Virus record (IMG/VR): IMGVR_UViG_3300045999_006495 | Coordinates: 13,848 to 77,847 of that record | Source: a virus | Direction: 5' to 3' (one strand) | DNA length: 64,000 bases | Program-made: the position numbers and the translations under genes | In this document: positions 27,304-38,476 of the stretch, piece after piece | How positions within the stretch are numbered: the first letter of the stretch is position 1 | Layout: the number at the start of each line of letters is the position of its first letter | The notes under the pieces: model-generated | Databases searched by the model: none | Told to the model about the DNA's origin: nothing | Seen by the model: only the letters and a program-made list of their open reading frames with translations

Positions 27304-29708
27304 GATGGCTCCTCAAAAAATTCAGATGCATAAACAATGCTGTCACCGTTTAGAAAATAGTACTGACCATAAGCTAGCTCTTCAATATTATTTAAGTGTA
27401 CAACTACTGTTTGTTCAGCGTCCCCTGATATTATAGACTGAGTTTTGGCAAAAGTAATTCCAACATCACCTATAGGGTGTAGACTTCCCTTGGGGTCATC
27501 CTCACGTTTAAGTTCATCAATTTCTCCATAATGCATTGTAACATTTTTTCCTCTGACAATCAAGATGTTTCCCACACGCTGTTTGGCAAAGAAGAAAAAC
27601 TTATCATTATACTCTTTAAACAAACCAGCTCTACTCAAAACAGATATAGGAGCTCCCCAAAAGAAGTCATACTGAACAAAGTGAGGGTTGTTAATAAACA
27701 TAGACTGGTATAGATTGTCTAAGTCCGTGTTTATGTCAGAAAAATCTTCACATAGCTCAGAGTAAGAGATTGCTGTTTTAGGTGTGTATACTATAGGAGG
27801 ATTGTATAACCGCTTGTCTGGGTTGTAAGCAGACATTCCTAATACCTGAGTGTAAGAAATATAATTAGCCTTTGACTGTGTAGTCCTAGAGTGGTTATCG
27901 TAAATGTTTACAAACACTTGAGAATAACCTTTACTTCCATTCTTTGTAATCCACTTGTAGTCAGAGTTATTATAGGTAGGTACTTGAGTGTATTGCATGT
28001 CTGCTTCATCCTCAGTATTATTAACTACAATCTTATTAACAAAGCCAGCCATAGCATCTGCCTTTGAGGCATCACCAATAAACCCGTATTGGATTGTTTC
28101 ATTATCTACTTGAGACTTTGCTAGGCCCCATTTCTGGGTTGTACCGCTCTCCGCAGTTTTCTCAAAGACTATAGCTACTGAATCTTCCCACATACCAGCT
28201 GTCAAATAAAACTTTGAATATGTGGCTGTGTGGTTGTTGGTGTTTACATTAAACTGAGGGCTATAGACTGGTGTGGTTGGTGACGGTATTCTCACATTGT
28301 ACATTTTGTTGAGGTAGGCTTTAGGGGCACCACTATTAAACACACCTGCTATAGTATTGTGTTTAGTAAATACACTACCGTAGAGGTTTTGACCGCTGTA
28401 GTTTCCTAGGATGTGGTAAGAAAGTCTACCACCAGCATTCGGCCAGTACAGTATTGACCTGCGTGTGCTTGTTTGGGAGACTGGTTGGTCAGGTAAGTCA
28501 ACAAAGATGGCCTGTCTAGCTTCTGTATTACCGTAGAATTTAAAATTAAGGTAAATAGAATTGTACTCTTCAAAGTAAGGGCTCCATGAAAAAGTAGCCA
28601 AATTTGATTGTGCGTTGAGAGACTTGTTCATGTCAATAACTTTTCTTTGATCCTGAGTTTTATCTAATTTACTTAGCCTATTATCTATGGGTAACCAATA
28701 GTTAGATGTATAATAGTCCCACTCACCCGGAACAACATCTTCTTGGTGTAGTCTGACTGATGATGTACCACCAAAAGCACCTATATAGGTAATAGAACCA
28801 GTCAAAGGCATTGGTCGGTTCCTCAACCGTTCTGTTATGTACTTTTGTTTATTAGTAATTATCTTAAGGTTTGGTGCAGATAAAACACCACTACCAGTTG
28901 TCTGAAAAGATGTAGACGGCCAATTTGCAGAGTAAGATAAATCACCATCTACTTTAGCATATAACGTTGAGTAGAAAATATGCGAGTTAGCTAGTCTTAC
29001 TGCGGGTAACTTAGCTTTCCAGAGAAACTTGTTAAAGAAGCTTGTGTACCCTTCACCAAAGTTAGCTGTTAATGTTGGGTCTGAGTGTGTAACAAGAACT
29101 AACTTAATTTCTACAATTTCTGTGTCTTGAAGTCCCAGTGGGTCTAAGTCTATTCTAACTGAGGATTCTCTACTACCTCTAGTTATTACTTGAGTACCTA
29201 ATAAAGTTTCTGTCTGAGTTGGGTCATAGTGTCCATTTTTAATTGTGAATCTATAGTTACCACCGGTGCTTGTTACTGTGGTTGTTGCTACTGTTTTAAG
29301 TGGTACAGCGGCGCAGTGTTTCTTTATGCCAGCAGACTGGTATACTTCCTTGTATGTTGACCCTGTGTACTTAACAATCACTGCCACAGATATATCTGTA
29401 AACTGAGCTAAGTTAAACTCACTGCTTAAGTCTTCTATACCGCTGTCCATTTTTATGTGAAAACCTATGTAGGCATAACGCATACCACTGCGGTACATAA
29501 AACTTCCTTTCCAAATATCATACTCGGGGCTCTGCCAAACCATTGGCATGGCTTTAGGTGCATAAGCATGGCTGTCCATAAACAAGGGCTGAGGTGAGTA
29601 TAAAATATTTTTTGAGGTTACGTTATTATGTAGCAGAGAGTTTAAGTCGTATGCAGATATTGGTTGACCAGTAGTAAACTCTGGTACAGCCTGAAAGTCT
29701 ATATTCAT
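27300..29708 (-). CDS. Putative minor tail protein
   Basis: 802-aa ORF in the tail module. Confidence 0.55.
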   Translation of the reverse strand: MNIDFQAVPEFTTGQPISAYDLNSLLHNNVTSKNILYSPQPLFMDSHAYAPKAMPMVWQSPEYDIWKGSFMYRSGMRYAYIGFHIKMDSGIEDLSSEFNLAQFTDISVAVIVKYTGSTYKEVYQSAGIKKHCAAVPLKTVATTTVTSTGGNYRFTIKNGHYDPTQTETLLGTQVITRGSRESSVRIDLDPLGLQDTEIVEIKLVLVTHSDPTLTANFGEGYTSFFNKFLWKAKLPAVRLANSHIFYSTLYAKVDGDLSYSANWPSTSFQTTGSGVLSAPNLKIITNKQKYITERLRNRPMPLTGSITYIGAFGGTSSVRLHQEDVVPGEWDYYTSNYWLPIDNRLSKLDKTQDQRKVIDMNKSLNAQSNLATFSWSPYFEEYNSIYLNFKFYGNTEARQAIFVDLPDQPVSQTSTRRSILYWPNAGGRLSYHILGNYSGQNLYGSVFTKHNTIAGVFNSGAPKAYLNKMYNVRIPSPTTPVYSPQFNVNTNNHTATYSKFYLTAGMWEDSVAIVFEKTAESGTTQKWGLAKSQVDNETIQYGFIGDASKADAMAGFVNKIVVNNTEDEADMQYTQVPTYNNSDYKWITKNGSKGYSQVFVNIYDNHSRTTQSKANYISYTQVLGMSAYNPDKRLYNPPIVYTPKTAISYSELCEDFSDINTDLDNLYQSMFINNPHFVQYDFFWGAPISVLSRAGLFKEYNDKFFFFAKQRVGNILIVRGKNVTMHYGEIDELKREDDPKGSLHPIGDVGITFAKTQSIISGDAEQTVVVHLNNIEELAYGQYYFLNGDSIVYASEFFEEPS

Positions 29709-29717
29709 GTAAACCTC

Positions 29718-31415
29718 TTAGAAAGATAAAATCTTTTCGTTAGAGCCGCTGTATGTCTGACCTACTACGAATAAGTCACTTTCATCATACAGACCAGAGA
29801 CTGAAATAAGTTCATAGTCTGCTGTTGCTAACGATGTTGAAACAGTATATGAGTAGACCTTAAAGTAATCATCTACATCAGCGAATGTGCTAACTACTCT
29901 AACTATATCACCCAATTTTATGTTTTTATTAAATGGTACTTGGTTTAAAGTTATGCTTGGGCGGTCATTTTGCATTAGATAAGCGGCTATATCTAGGAAT
30001 CTAAAACCTTGTACTTTTGATTGTACATATGGATTGTTTCCTAAGTTTAACTGCCTAAAACCAGATGAAACTCCTGAGCTTGTAATAGGCAGTATACAGT
30101 TGTCCTCTGGTGCGCTATCCAGTGCCCTACCAAATAACTTAACTGTGGCTATATATAAAGAAGATTGGTCTACTATTATATTGTTTTTAACACTTACTGT
30201 GGTGCTCTGACTGGAACTGACACCAGTGTCTTTAGCTAAAGTAAAGTTACCGGGTGTTCCCGTAGATACATATTTAGTTATGTAGTATGTATTATGCGGT
30301 TGTATTTTAGCACTTACCTGTCTGTTAGTGCCAAACAAGTCAACAGCTGTGAAGTTGTCCTCAACAGTCTTATAAGTAGTTGATACTAATGTGTCTGTTA
30401 ACTGACCTGAGATTGTTTTGTTAACCAATTTCCAAACAGGTTTTTCAAACTCAACACGTCTTTCAACCTCATCGTTAAAAGATAGGTATTCATCAAATAT
30501 AGTTGAAAAAACTTCTTGGGAAGCAGACAAAAATCTTGGATTAAACGTAATTACTAATTCTTTATACGGTTCATAATTATAACTACCAAAGGTTAAATCA
30601 CTAAAGTCTTTGTCTGTTAAAACAATAGAGGTGACTTGTTTTTTTAAATTGAATATATTTACATATTCAATAATACCATCGTCATTCTGCCTGAGTAAAC
30701 CTCCACTTGCTTTACACAACAACGATAAGTCCCCAATAAGATTTTCGTAATTAAACCAAACCCACTCTGGGTTTATCACAGAGCTTTCACAGTCATAGTA
30801 AAACAGCGGTGTATAGTTAAGGGTGCTGTAATAAGTTGATGTAGGTTGGAATAGGCTGTAGTATTTATAAGGCCTACCACCCAAAAGCCATAAAATAGAA
30901 TTGATAATACCTACAGTAGAACCCTCAACAATTGTTGGATTCTGTTCTTTAAGTAATTCAAACTTTTGAGCATCAGTAGACCCATTAGGAATGTAGGTAG
31001 ATACTTTTCTGTTTCTAAATAGAGGAGTCTCTATTAAGTTGATATTGAGTAGGTCTATATAACCTCTAGCAACAAATGAAACTGAGTTTCTTGATTCAGT
31101 CCTTTCAAAAAGCAATCCCTCAAAAACTTTTTTGTAGGAAGATCCTGCGTCAAAACTGCTGAATATCTCTACTTTCTTAAGTCTCCATTGGTAATTTCTT
31201 TCTAAGAAGTTAGATATTTCAGTATCTTGGCCAGACTTAGGTTTTAATATTGTAAAAGATGTATTACTAGGATTAGCTACGCCGGTTAGTAATTCTGTAT
31301 TACTTTGAAAAGTAACTGACTGTGTAGGGTCTATTTTTTCAATCAGTCTTGGCGGTATTACAAAAGAACTGTTACCAGTAGTTATTTTTATGTATTGGTG
31401 TGTTTTATAGTTCAT
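29718..31415 (-). CDS. Putative baseplate hub/tail tip protein
   Basis: Position; NPYVQ and IKLGDIVRV C-terminal pattern. Confidence 0.6.
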   Translation of the reverse strand: MNYKTHQYIKITTGNSSFVIPPRLIEKIDPTQSVTFQSNTELLTGVANPSNTSFTILKPKSGQDTEISNFLERNYQWRLKKVEIFSSFDAGSSYKKVFEGLLFERTESRNSVSFVARGYIDLLNINLIETPLFRNRKVSTYIPNGSTDAQKFELLKEQNPTIVEGSTVGIINSILWLLGGRPYKYYSLFQPTSTYYSTLNYTPLFYYDCESSVINPEWVWFNYENLIGDLSLLCKASGGLLRQNDDGIIEYVNIFNLKKQVTSIVLTDKDFSDLTFGSYNYEPYKELVITFNPRFLSASQEVFSTIFDEYLSFNDEVERRVEFEKPVWKLVNKTISGQLTDTLVSTTYKTVEDNFTAVDLFGTNRQVSAKIQPHNTYYITKYVSTGTPGNFTLAKDTGVSSSQSTTVSVKNNIIVDQSSLYIATVKLFGRALDSAPEDNCILPITSSGVSSGFRQLNLGNNPYVQSKVQGFRFLDIAAYLMQNDRPSITLNQVPFNKNIKLGDIVRVVSTFADVDDYFKVYSYTVSTSLATADYELISVSGLYDESDLFVVGQTYSGSNEKILSF

Positions 31416-31786
31416 ACCTCAATTAACCCTATGTCAATGTCATAGACTTTAACACCCCTTAGAGATACTTTAGTGGCTGTCAGTGTTTTGTTGAATGAAT
31501 CTTTTTCGGTCAACACAGAGTACTGACTACCATCAATATCCTGAAAAATGAACTCATCTGGTGTCATAAATACAGTATGTAATGTAGTCAGCACAGACTC
31601 AGATACATTTTGAAATTTTAATTTAAACTGTTTTTTAAAATTTCTGTGGTATCTGTGGGTAGTTCCGTCTAACGCAACTATATCATCACCAATGTTTTTT
31701 ATTGTGGTCTGTATATCGTTAGGTTTTATTTCATAGTTGAACGGGGTACCTCCGGAGAGGTACCCGCTAATATAAATTGTAGCCAT
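31412..31786 (-). CDS. Putative distal tail protein
   Basis: Small ORF directly after the tape measure, ALDGT motif. Confidence 0.55.
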   Translation of the reverse strand: MATIYISGYLSGGTPFNYEIKPNDIQTTIKNIGDDIVALDGTTHRYHRNFKKQFKLKFQNVSESVLTTLHTVFMTPDEFIFQDIDGSQYSVLTEKDSFNKTLTATKVSLRGVKVYDIDIGLIEV

Positions 31787-31793
31787 AATTCTC

Positions 31794-34700
31794 CTATGGT
31801 TGGAAAGTAACTCTGAGTCTATCGCCTACCACGACTCTACCCAAAGTAGTAACAAAGTTAGTGAGTGCTGTTGTATTATTAACAAGAGCATTAGTGTTGT
31901 TGACTGTAGTATTTAACTGTTCTCTAACTAACGGGTCCATGTCCTGAGCTGAGCTTGGTTCTAGTGTCTTAAGAGAAGTAAAAAGTTCCTCAAATACAGG
32001 TCTTAACTCCGGACCAGCAACATCAAGAATTCTTTTTTCACCTAGTTTTACAAAGTTTTGTTGATTTTTAATGGCTTGGTCAGAAGCCCCCATTGCTATA
32101 AGTCTTGCCAGCTGATTTACTTTTGTTCTGTAAACTTCTAACTCTATAACTAAGTTTTTATTTGCTATTTCGCGTTTAGTGGCGTCATCATCAGCCTTTT
32201 TACGGTCTTCTATTGACTTTTTATAGGATCTGTCAATTTCTGCAAGTTTGTCTTTATAGTCTTGCTCTCTTTTAGCTGTTTCAGTTTTAAAATCGGCTGT
32301 TATTTGTTCTTCTTTTCTGCGAGCTTGTTCGACCTCTTCCCTGTCTGCATCTGCTCTTATAACTCTAAGACCTTCAATTTGTTTAATTCTGTTTTCTGCG
32401 TTCAGCTTATCCTGATTAGCCGCATCAATTTTTCTTTGTATTTCAGCTCTATCATCAGCATCTTTTGCATTAGCCATGTCTTTATTAAGCTGTGCAATTT
32501 CCTCGTCTGATTTTTTTATTTCCTCTTTATTATCGAGTACTTCATTATCGTACTTCGCTTGGTTTAGTATCTGCTGAGAACCAGCATCTAAAAGTTCTTG
32601 TGCTGCTGTGAAGTTACCCTCACCTCTTAACTTAGTGGCCTCAGCCTCATAAGCTTTAAACTGGTCAATATAAGAGGCTCTTTGTTCATTAGTTAAGTCC
32701 ATACCAAAAAGAGATTCATAAAAGTCTGCTTTATTACCTCTTTTAGTTATTTCGCTTTCCTCTTGAAGTTTTTTCATATCTTCATAATACTGGTCAGCTA
32801 ATTCTTTCATGTCCTCTTGATAACTTTTTTCTTCATCAGCTAAATCTTCTAGATATTTTTTATGTAGGTCAGCTAACTCATCCCCAGTTTTATTTCCATC
32901 TTGGCTGATTTGGCTAATTAATCCAATGGCTTGGCCAGCAATATTAAAAGCTTCCTCTTGATTTTGCGGTCCTGAATTTCTTCCTATCAAGCTGTTGGGA
33001 TTAAGTTGACTCATTCTAAATGACAACTGGTCTTGGATAGATGTAAGAGGTAGTATAGATCCCATTGTAAAATTCTGCAATGAGCTATTAAATTCAACTG
33101 CTAGGTCAACAATCTGTTGCATACTTAAGTTAAACTTATATGCTTCAGCATTCATGGCCTGTAGGGCACTTACTGACTTTTCACCCTCGAGAGTTTGAAT
33201 AGCTCTGAGTTTGTTTGCTCTACTAATTGCCTCTAGCTGAGCTTGCGTACTAGCTGTAGCTTGGTCAGATGTATCTACAATACCTAACAATTCAGCTCTC
33301 TGAATAGCTAATGCCATTGCAGTCTCATCCCCGCCCTTAGCCAAATCATATTGTTTTATAACCGCATCTGCCAACAAATCATTATACTGACTTGATAGAC
33401 CATTGAGAAACTCAACAGCTGATGCTGTTCTTTCTACACCAAAAGTTTGGTCATTTGCTAATTTTACAATCTTCCCCAACTCTTCTGCAAATTGAGTGTA
33501 CGGGTTAGGTAAAGAGGCTGTAAAAGCTTCGTAGGCTGTTGCTTTTACTTCTTTCTGAGCAAATATTATGTCCGCAAGTATTTGTAGGTATTGGTCAAAT
33601 TCTTTTTCACGTGTAAGTGGGTCTGTGGCTGTTAAGTAGTCTACTCTTTCTTTAGCAATAAGAGCGTTGGCCTGACCAGCGGCAGTAGGACCGCCCATTC
33701 TTTCTAGGTAGTCTTTATCCTCTCTACTTTGGATGTACTGCCTAAGAGCCGCATCCTGAAATCCATATCTTTCTTGATACAGGGCTGTTTGGGCGCGCAT
33801 GTTAACATTTTGAGCACTTAGAGGGACATCTGCGAAAGACCTACCAACTCTTCTGAGAGACTGATTTACTGCATCGTTTAACTCAGACTCTAGTTCTCTT
33901 CTACCAGCATCAATTTCTAGTCGTTGTCTATTTATGTCTATGTCAGTGGTTCGACCACCAAAAGCACCTTGGGCAATATCTGTCTGAGATATTGCTCCGT
34001 TGGGTATTCGACCTGCTAGTCTTTCTAGAGTTGTGTTAAACCTAGGCAACTCTCTGCTCATAGAATCAGCTATAGTTATGATGTTTTGTGTATCTTGGGC
34101 GCCGTATTCAGAAAACTCTCTTACTCTATTAGGGGAAGCTATAAAGTCCCAAAATCCAGTAGCCTGTGCTGGGTCTTGTTGTCTAGCTGATAAAATGTTT
34201 CGTGTGTTTAATCCTAGCTGACTAGCTTGCGTAAACAAGACAAGAAAATCTCTATCAGCCTGAGTAAACAAGGGAATTGGTTCTCTACCCTCTTCAAACC
34301 TAGTCGCATTAATCTGAGCTACATATTCATTAGTTTTAGTTATAAGTTCATTTATAGCTTCTGTTGAGGTATTTACTGATATAGTAAGGTCATCAAAGTA
34401 AGTTGACCCGGGTTTTTCTGAGAACTGTAGTTTAAGTGTACTGAACTCTTCACTTAGGGAGGCTATGCCTCTAAAGGCCGCATTGAATCTCTCTCTTCGT
34501 TGAGTAACCTCACCAAGCTCTGTTGAGAAATTACCTAACCAATCACTAATTGCTGTAGCATCTGGTAAGAAGTATTCTTGGAGAGCTGTACCAATTAAGG
34601 CTGTTGCGTTCTGAAAATTACCTGCAAGTCTATCGTACTCTGCCGCAGTTGATTGTGCTCTGGCCTCAAGAACTGCATTAGATATACCTAGGTCAGCCAA

Positions 34701-37286
34701 AACATCATCAAGTTTTTGAAGTCTCTCTGATTCGTTGGCTACATCTTTAACTGAGTTAAGGGTCTTGCGGTCAATTTCAAATCTTCTAGAAAGTGATGTA
34801 ATATCACCAGCAAAGAATTCCTTAAGTGCAATAGCGGCACCACTGAAGCCCTGCAAAGGGTCAATGATGGCCAATCTACGGGCCACATTATCAAGTTGTT
34901 CTAGGTCTACATTATATCTTCTAGTAATCTGGACTAAGCTAGTAAAACCACTAAGCTGTTCATTGAGAGATCCACCAAACTTTTGTTGTTGAATGGAGGC
35001 AACTCTAACAACATCTGAAAATTTTTCAAAACTACCAGACACAGCAGCTACTGTCGAGGCTGTTCTTTCAATTTCATTAGCTTGTTCAAGAAACTGTTGT
35101 AACTGAGTAGTTGCCACACCAATAGTAGACTGAAGAAATCCCATGACTGCCCCAAATCTACCAGCAAAGGCAGAGAATCGTTCAAAATAGCCACGCTCAT
35201 TTTGACCAGCTCTATTGATTTTAGCGTCTCTTCTTGCCGCATCTTCGAAGTAGTTGGTTACATCTTTCTGAGAAAAACCCATACCAAGAAGAGTGTTTGC
35301 GTCTAGATTACCCATACGCATAACTGCATTTGCTTGGGTAACGGGACCAGTGGCTTGAGTAGGTACTACACCTCTTAAAAACTCTTGCTGTGCTCTAAGA
35401 GCTTGAGCATCTGCTAACCTACCCTCAGAAATGGCTAACTCTTCAGCCGCTCTAAGTTCAGCAAACCTAGTTATGTTGACCTTGTCTACAAGCTCATCGA
35501 GAACTCTGTATGATTGAATTAAATCTTGAATTTGTGATATAAGTTGCTGAGTTACTACATCTAGTTGGTCATTTGTCAGTGTTGGTGCCGCAGCTTGTAC
35601 CTGTGCTCTAATATTTTGAGCATTTAACTGACCAAGTGCATTTACTCTACCAGCTGTAGTTTCTTGGTTGAAGAATCCTGTACCAGAAAGAATATCTCTG
35701 TATAAAGTTCTTGACAACAACTGAGGTAAAGGCACTTGCATACCCGGTATTTTAGAGGCTGGTTGTTGTGATATAAGTGCATCATTGAACCTGTCAATAG
35801 CGGCAGCAAATCTATTATCAATTACATTATTTATTTCAGCATCTAATGTATTAGCGGCTCTTACATAATTGTCTACAGAAGCACTTTGGTTTCTAGTACT
35901 TCCTCTTAAAATGTCAGCTAATTTTGGCAGTGTTGAATCAAATGTTTTTATTTCACTAACAAATCTGTCTGAAGCTAAGTCTGGTTGTCTTGATTTTTTG
36001 CTTGGCTGTATTCCTAGCTGAGTCTGAATAAACTTGTCATTAATTCTCTGTACTTCATCAGTAACTTTTTGACTGAATGCACTTATAGTTGTTTGTAACT
36101 GAGTTTCAACAGCTGATATTGCCGCAGTTAATTGAGGGTCGTTTGTAGCGGCCGCAGCAGACTTCAGCGCAGCTAGTTGGTTGTTTATGTTTTGTATTCT
36201 GGTTCTGACCGAAGCTTCAGCCGCATTTAATTGCTTAGCAAGCTCCAGCGGGTCAGCATCCTTTTTGCCAGCTAATCTATTTACCTCTGCAAAATCAGCT
36301 CTTCTAATAGTAAGGTCTCTGCCAGCTGTTCTTTGAAGACCCGTCTGAGCGCTATTAAGTAATTGCTGTCTTAGAGAACCAGCTACGGTTTGGTCTACTA
36401 ACCCTGATTTAGGTGTAATACCGCTAGGTAATAATTTCTGAAATACCTGTTGGTAGGCCGCCGCATAGTTACCAGCATTTGCTTTTACAGACTCTTTAAA
36501 CAGTTGTTCAGCATTTCTTTGCGCTGTGCCCAGCTCTCTATTAGCTGCCTTAGCTAGACCAGCAATACCTACTTGGAATGATTCTGGGGTTATTCTATTC
36601 TTTAATAGGTTTTCTTCGTACTGCTCTAGTGATTTTCTAATGCTTTCATTGTTCTGACCAACACCTCTAATAAACTGCGTGACAGTTTCTAAGTAGGTAC
36701 TTGCTGGTGCAAAACCCTTAGTTCTGAGCTGGGTGGCAAAAGACTCAATATCAGACCTAGCCTTGTCTGTGGCTTTATTTGCCTTAACTACTCTACCCGG
36801 AACTTGGCTAGCCCTGACATCGTCTGCTAATCTTTCAGCTTCTTCTATTTGAGCCGGTAGTAGCTTTTTGTCTTTTGACCGTGACTTTTTAGCTCGTAAA
36901 TACCTAGCAACTTCACCATAAAAACTAGCTAATTCATCTAGAGGTTTTGCTCCCTCAGCAGTTACAAAAGAAGCACCACTCTCAAGCTTTTTCAGCAGTT
37001 CTGTTCTATTAAACTGCCTTGCATACTTCTTGAGTAACCCAGTAGGGCCAATTTGTGCATCAATAAAGCTTTGTAGGTCTTGGTCAGTTGAGATAGTTCT
37101 AGGTTTTGTCGCCCTATTTCTGGACTGAACTACTGTAGTTGGTGGCGATTGTAGATTTCTACCCGAAGCAGTAGCGGTTACCTCAGATTGTCTATTTATT
37201 TCTGCAAATAATTGCTTCATGTCAGCTTTTACTTGGGGTATACCAGTAGTGCTAACTTGAATTGGTATGTTGATTACACTGGACAC
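31794..37286 (-). CDS. Tail tape measure protein
   Basis: 1830 aa, Ala/Gln-rich helical, located after the tail chaperones. Confidence 0.9.
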   Translation of the reverse strand: MSSVINIPIQVSTTGIPQVKADMKQLFAEINRQSEVTATASGRNLQSPPTTVVQSRNRATKPRTISTDQDLQSFIDAQIGPTGLLKKYARQFNRTELLKKLESGASFVTAEGAKPLDELASFYGEVARYLRAKKSRSKDKKLLPAQIEEAERLADDVRASQVPGRVVKANKATDKARSDIESFATQLRTKGFAPASTYLETVTQFIRGVGQNNESIRKSLEQYEENLLKNRITPESFQVGIAGLAKAANRELGTAQRNAEQLFKESVKANAGNYAAAYQQVFQKLLPSGITPKSGLVDQTVAGSLRQQLLNSAQTGLQRTAGRDLTIRRADFAEVNRLAGKKDADPLELAKQLNAAEASVRTRIQNINNQLAALKSAAAATNDPQLTAAISAVETQLQTTISAFSQKVTDEVQRINDKFIQTQLGIQPSKKSRQPDLASDRFVSEIKTFDSTLPKLADILRGSTRNQSASVDNYVRAANTLDAEINNVIDNRFAAAIDRFNDALISQQPASKIPGMQVPLPQLLSRTLYRDILSGTGFFNQETTAGRVNALGQLNAQNIRAQVQAAAPTLTNDQLDVVTQQLISQIQDLIQSYRVLDELVDKVNITRFAELRAAEELAISEGRLADAQALRAQQEFLRGVVPTQATGPVTQANAVMRMGNLDANTLLGMGFSQKDVTNYFEDAARRDAKINRAGQNERGYFERFSAFAGRFGAVMGFLQSTIGVATTQLQQFLEQANEIERTASTVAAVSGSFEKFSDVVRVASIQQQKFGGSLNEQLSGFTSLVQITRRYNVDLEQLDNVARRLAIIDPLQGFSGAAIALKEFFAGDITSLSRRFEIDRKTLNSVKDVANESERLQKLDDVLADLGISNAVLEARAQSTAAEYDRLAGNFQNATALIGTALQEYFLPDATAISDWLGNFSTELGEVTQRRERFNAAFRGIASLSEEFSTLKLQFSEKPGSTYFDDLTISVNTSTEAINELITKTNEYVAQINATRFEEGREPIPLFTQADRDFLVLFTQASQLGLNTRNILSARQQDPAQATGFWDFIASPNRVREFSEYGAQDTQNIITIADSMSRELPRFNTTLERLAGRIPNGAISQTDIAQGAFGGRTTDIDINRQRLEIDAGRRELESELNDAVNQSLRRVGRSFADVPLSAQNVNMRAQTALYQERYGFQDAALRQYIQSREDKDYLERMGGPTAAGQANALIAKERVDYLTATDPLTREKEFDQYLQILADIIFAQKEVKATAYEAFTASLPNPYTQFAEELGKIVKLANDQTFGVERTASAVEFLNGLSSQYNDLLADAVIKQYDLAKGGDETAMALAIQRAELLGIVDTSDQATASTQAQLEAISRANKLRAIQTLEGEKSVSALQAMNAEAYKFNLSMQQIVDLAVEFNSSLQNFTMGSILPLTSIQDQLSFRMSQLNPNSLIGRNSGPQNQEEAFNIAGQAIGLISQISQDGNKTGDELADLHKKYLEDLADEEKSYQEDMKELADQYYEDMKKLQEESEITKRGNKADFYESLFGMDLTNEQRASYIDQFKAYEAEATKLRGEGNFTAAQELLDAGSQQILNQAKYDNEVLDNKEEIKKSDEEIAQLNKDMANAKDADDRAEIQRKIDAANQDKLNAENRIKQIEGLRVIRADADREEVEQARRKEEQITADFKTETAKREQDYKDKLAEIDRSYKKSIEDRKKADDDATKREIANKNLVIELEVYRTKVNQLARLIAMGASDQAIKNQQNFVKLGEKRILDVAGPELRPVFEELFTSLKTLEPSSAQDMDPLVREQLNTTVNNTNALVNNTTALTNFVTTLGRVVVGDRLRVTFQP

Positions 37287-37287
37287 A

Positions 37288-37665
37288 CTATTGCTCCATT
37301 AAGAGACTTCTAACTATTGCCTCTTCTGCCTGTATTTCTTCCTTTTCTTTTTGAGCGATTTCTTCTTTTCTTCTGGCTATGTCGCCTAGTTTATCTTTTG
37401 TTAAAACTCTAAACAGTATGTCAAAGTCTAGGGCTGTTGCATTTCTCATAGACTTTACATGAAGTAGGTTTAATTTATCTGTAGGTATTAGAAAAGAACA
37501 CCAGTGGGCTGTCTCCTCTAATACAATATTAGCAATTTCTATTGTGTGATGAATACCTACATAATCACTCAGGCTTAGGTAAGTCTCTAAAGTCCTGTAG
37601 TGTCTTGATGTACTCATCGAAAGTTCTCTTGTTAATTCTTCCAAGTTTCCAAATGTGTTCTGCAA
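37288..37665 (-). CDS. Tail assembly chaperone T-like ORF (possibly expressed by frameshift)
   Basis: Between chaperone G and the tape measure; overlaps G in the +1 frame; no convincing start of its own. Confidence 0.55.
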   Translation of the reverse strand: MQNTFGNLEELTRELSMSTSRHYRTLETYLSLSDYVGIHHTIEIANIVLEETAHWCSFLIPTDKLNLLHVKSMRNATALDFDILFRVLTKDKLGDIARRKEEIAQKEKEEIQAEEAIVRSLLMEQ

Positions 37666-37960
37666 GTTCTTTCACCGTTTCACCGTGAGCATCCAAAAGT
37701 CTTTTAGCCTGAGCTGAGTTAAACTTTGGGCGAACGATGCCCTCTATAAGTGTATTGAGTACAAACTCACTGTTGTCAATAACCCCCTCTTTTTGAGAGA
37801 GCTTGTTAATCTTTTCCATCTGAGCAAATGACAGTGCTCTAATTCTAAGTCTCTTGTTCATACCTTGAAGCTGGACATCAATTTCAATTGTCTGGTCGTC
37901 TTGGAGAAAGTCGTCAACATCCTCGTAATAGTCACCAGTTCCCGTTAAAAAGTCAATCAT
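37565..37960 (-). CDS. Tail assembly chaperone (G-like)
   Basis: IRALS and GIVRPKF patterns; position after the tail tube; SD AGGAG. Confidence 0.75.
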   Translation of the reverse strand: MIDFLTGTGDYYEDVDDFLQDDQTIEIDVQLQGMNKRLRIRALSFAQMEKINKLSQKEGVIDNSEFVLNTLIEGIVRPKFNSAQAKRLLDAHGETVKELAEHIWKLGRINKRTFDEYIKTLQDFRDLPKPE

Positions 37961-37975
37961 AAATTCTCCTTAAGT

Positions 37976-38005
37976 AAAAATACCCCCCATGTTAGACATG
38001 GGGGG
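37976..38005 (-). terminator. Intrinsic terminator after the tail tube gene
   Basis: ccccccatgt/acatgggggg 10-bp stem plus U-tract on the minus strand. Confidence 0.8.
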
Positions 38006-38018
38006 AGTTGTTTGTTTA

Positions 38019-38462
38019 TTAGGGCTCGTTGTTTGAATTCTCAGTTGTACTTGCATACAGACTGAAACCACCGTTATCAGTGAAATCAAAGCTCATAGTA
38101 ACTGCGTCGGCAGCACTGTTTGTTACATTGTAACCCGTAATAATTCCCGAGGGAACTTCCCATGTGTAGCCACCCTTAGAGATAAGCCTGAGACCAACAT
38201 CAAGGCCACTGTTAGCGGCATTAATGAGTGAAGTATGAACATCTGTTCTGTTGATTGGCAGAGTCACATCAAAGCTACCAGTAATTCTCTTAGTGGTAGT
38301 GAACGTATAGAGTTTGCCTCCGTCGTTCAAGAACGGACCTTGGTCAACCTGAGTGGTGTTGAGCGTAGCTTGCCATTGAGAAATGAACCTAGCATTAACA
38401 TACTCGTTACTGCCAGAGGCCTTAATCTTAAGCCAACCGTCAAGACCTTTAATAATGGTCAT
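38019..38462 (-). CDS. Major tail tube protein
   Basis: 147 aa, beta-rich, ITGSFD and MSFDF patterns; followed by a terminator and chaperones. Confidence 0.7.
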   Translation of the reverse strand: MTIIKGLDGWLKIKASGSNEYVNARFISQWQATLNTTQVDQGPFLNDGGKLYTFTTTKRITGSFDVTLPINRTDVHTSLINAANSGLDVGLRLISKGGYTWEVPSGIITGYNVTNSAADAVTMSFDFTDNGGFSLYASTTENSNNEP

Positions 38463-38476
38463 TTTTGTGTTTTCTC

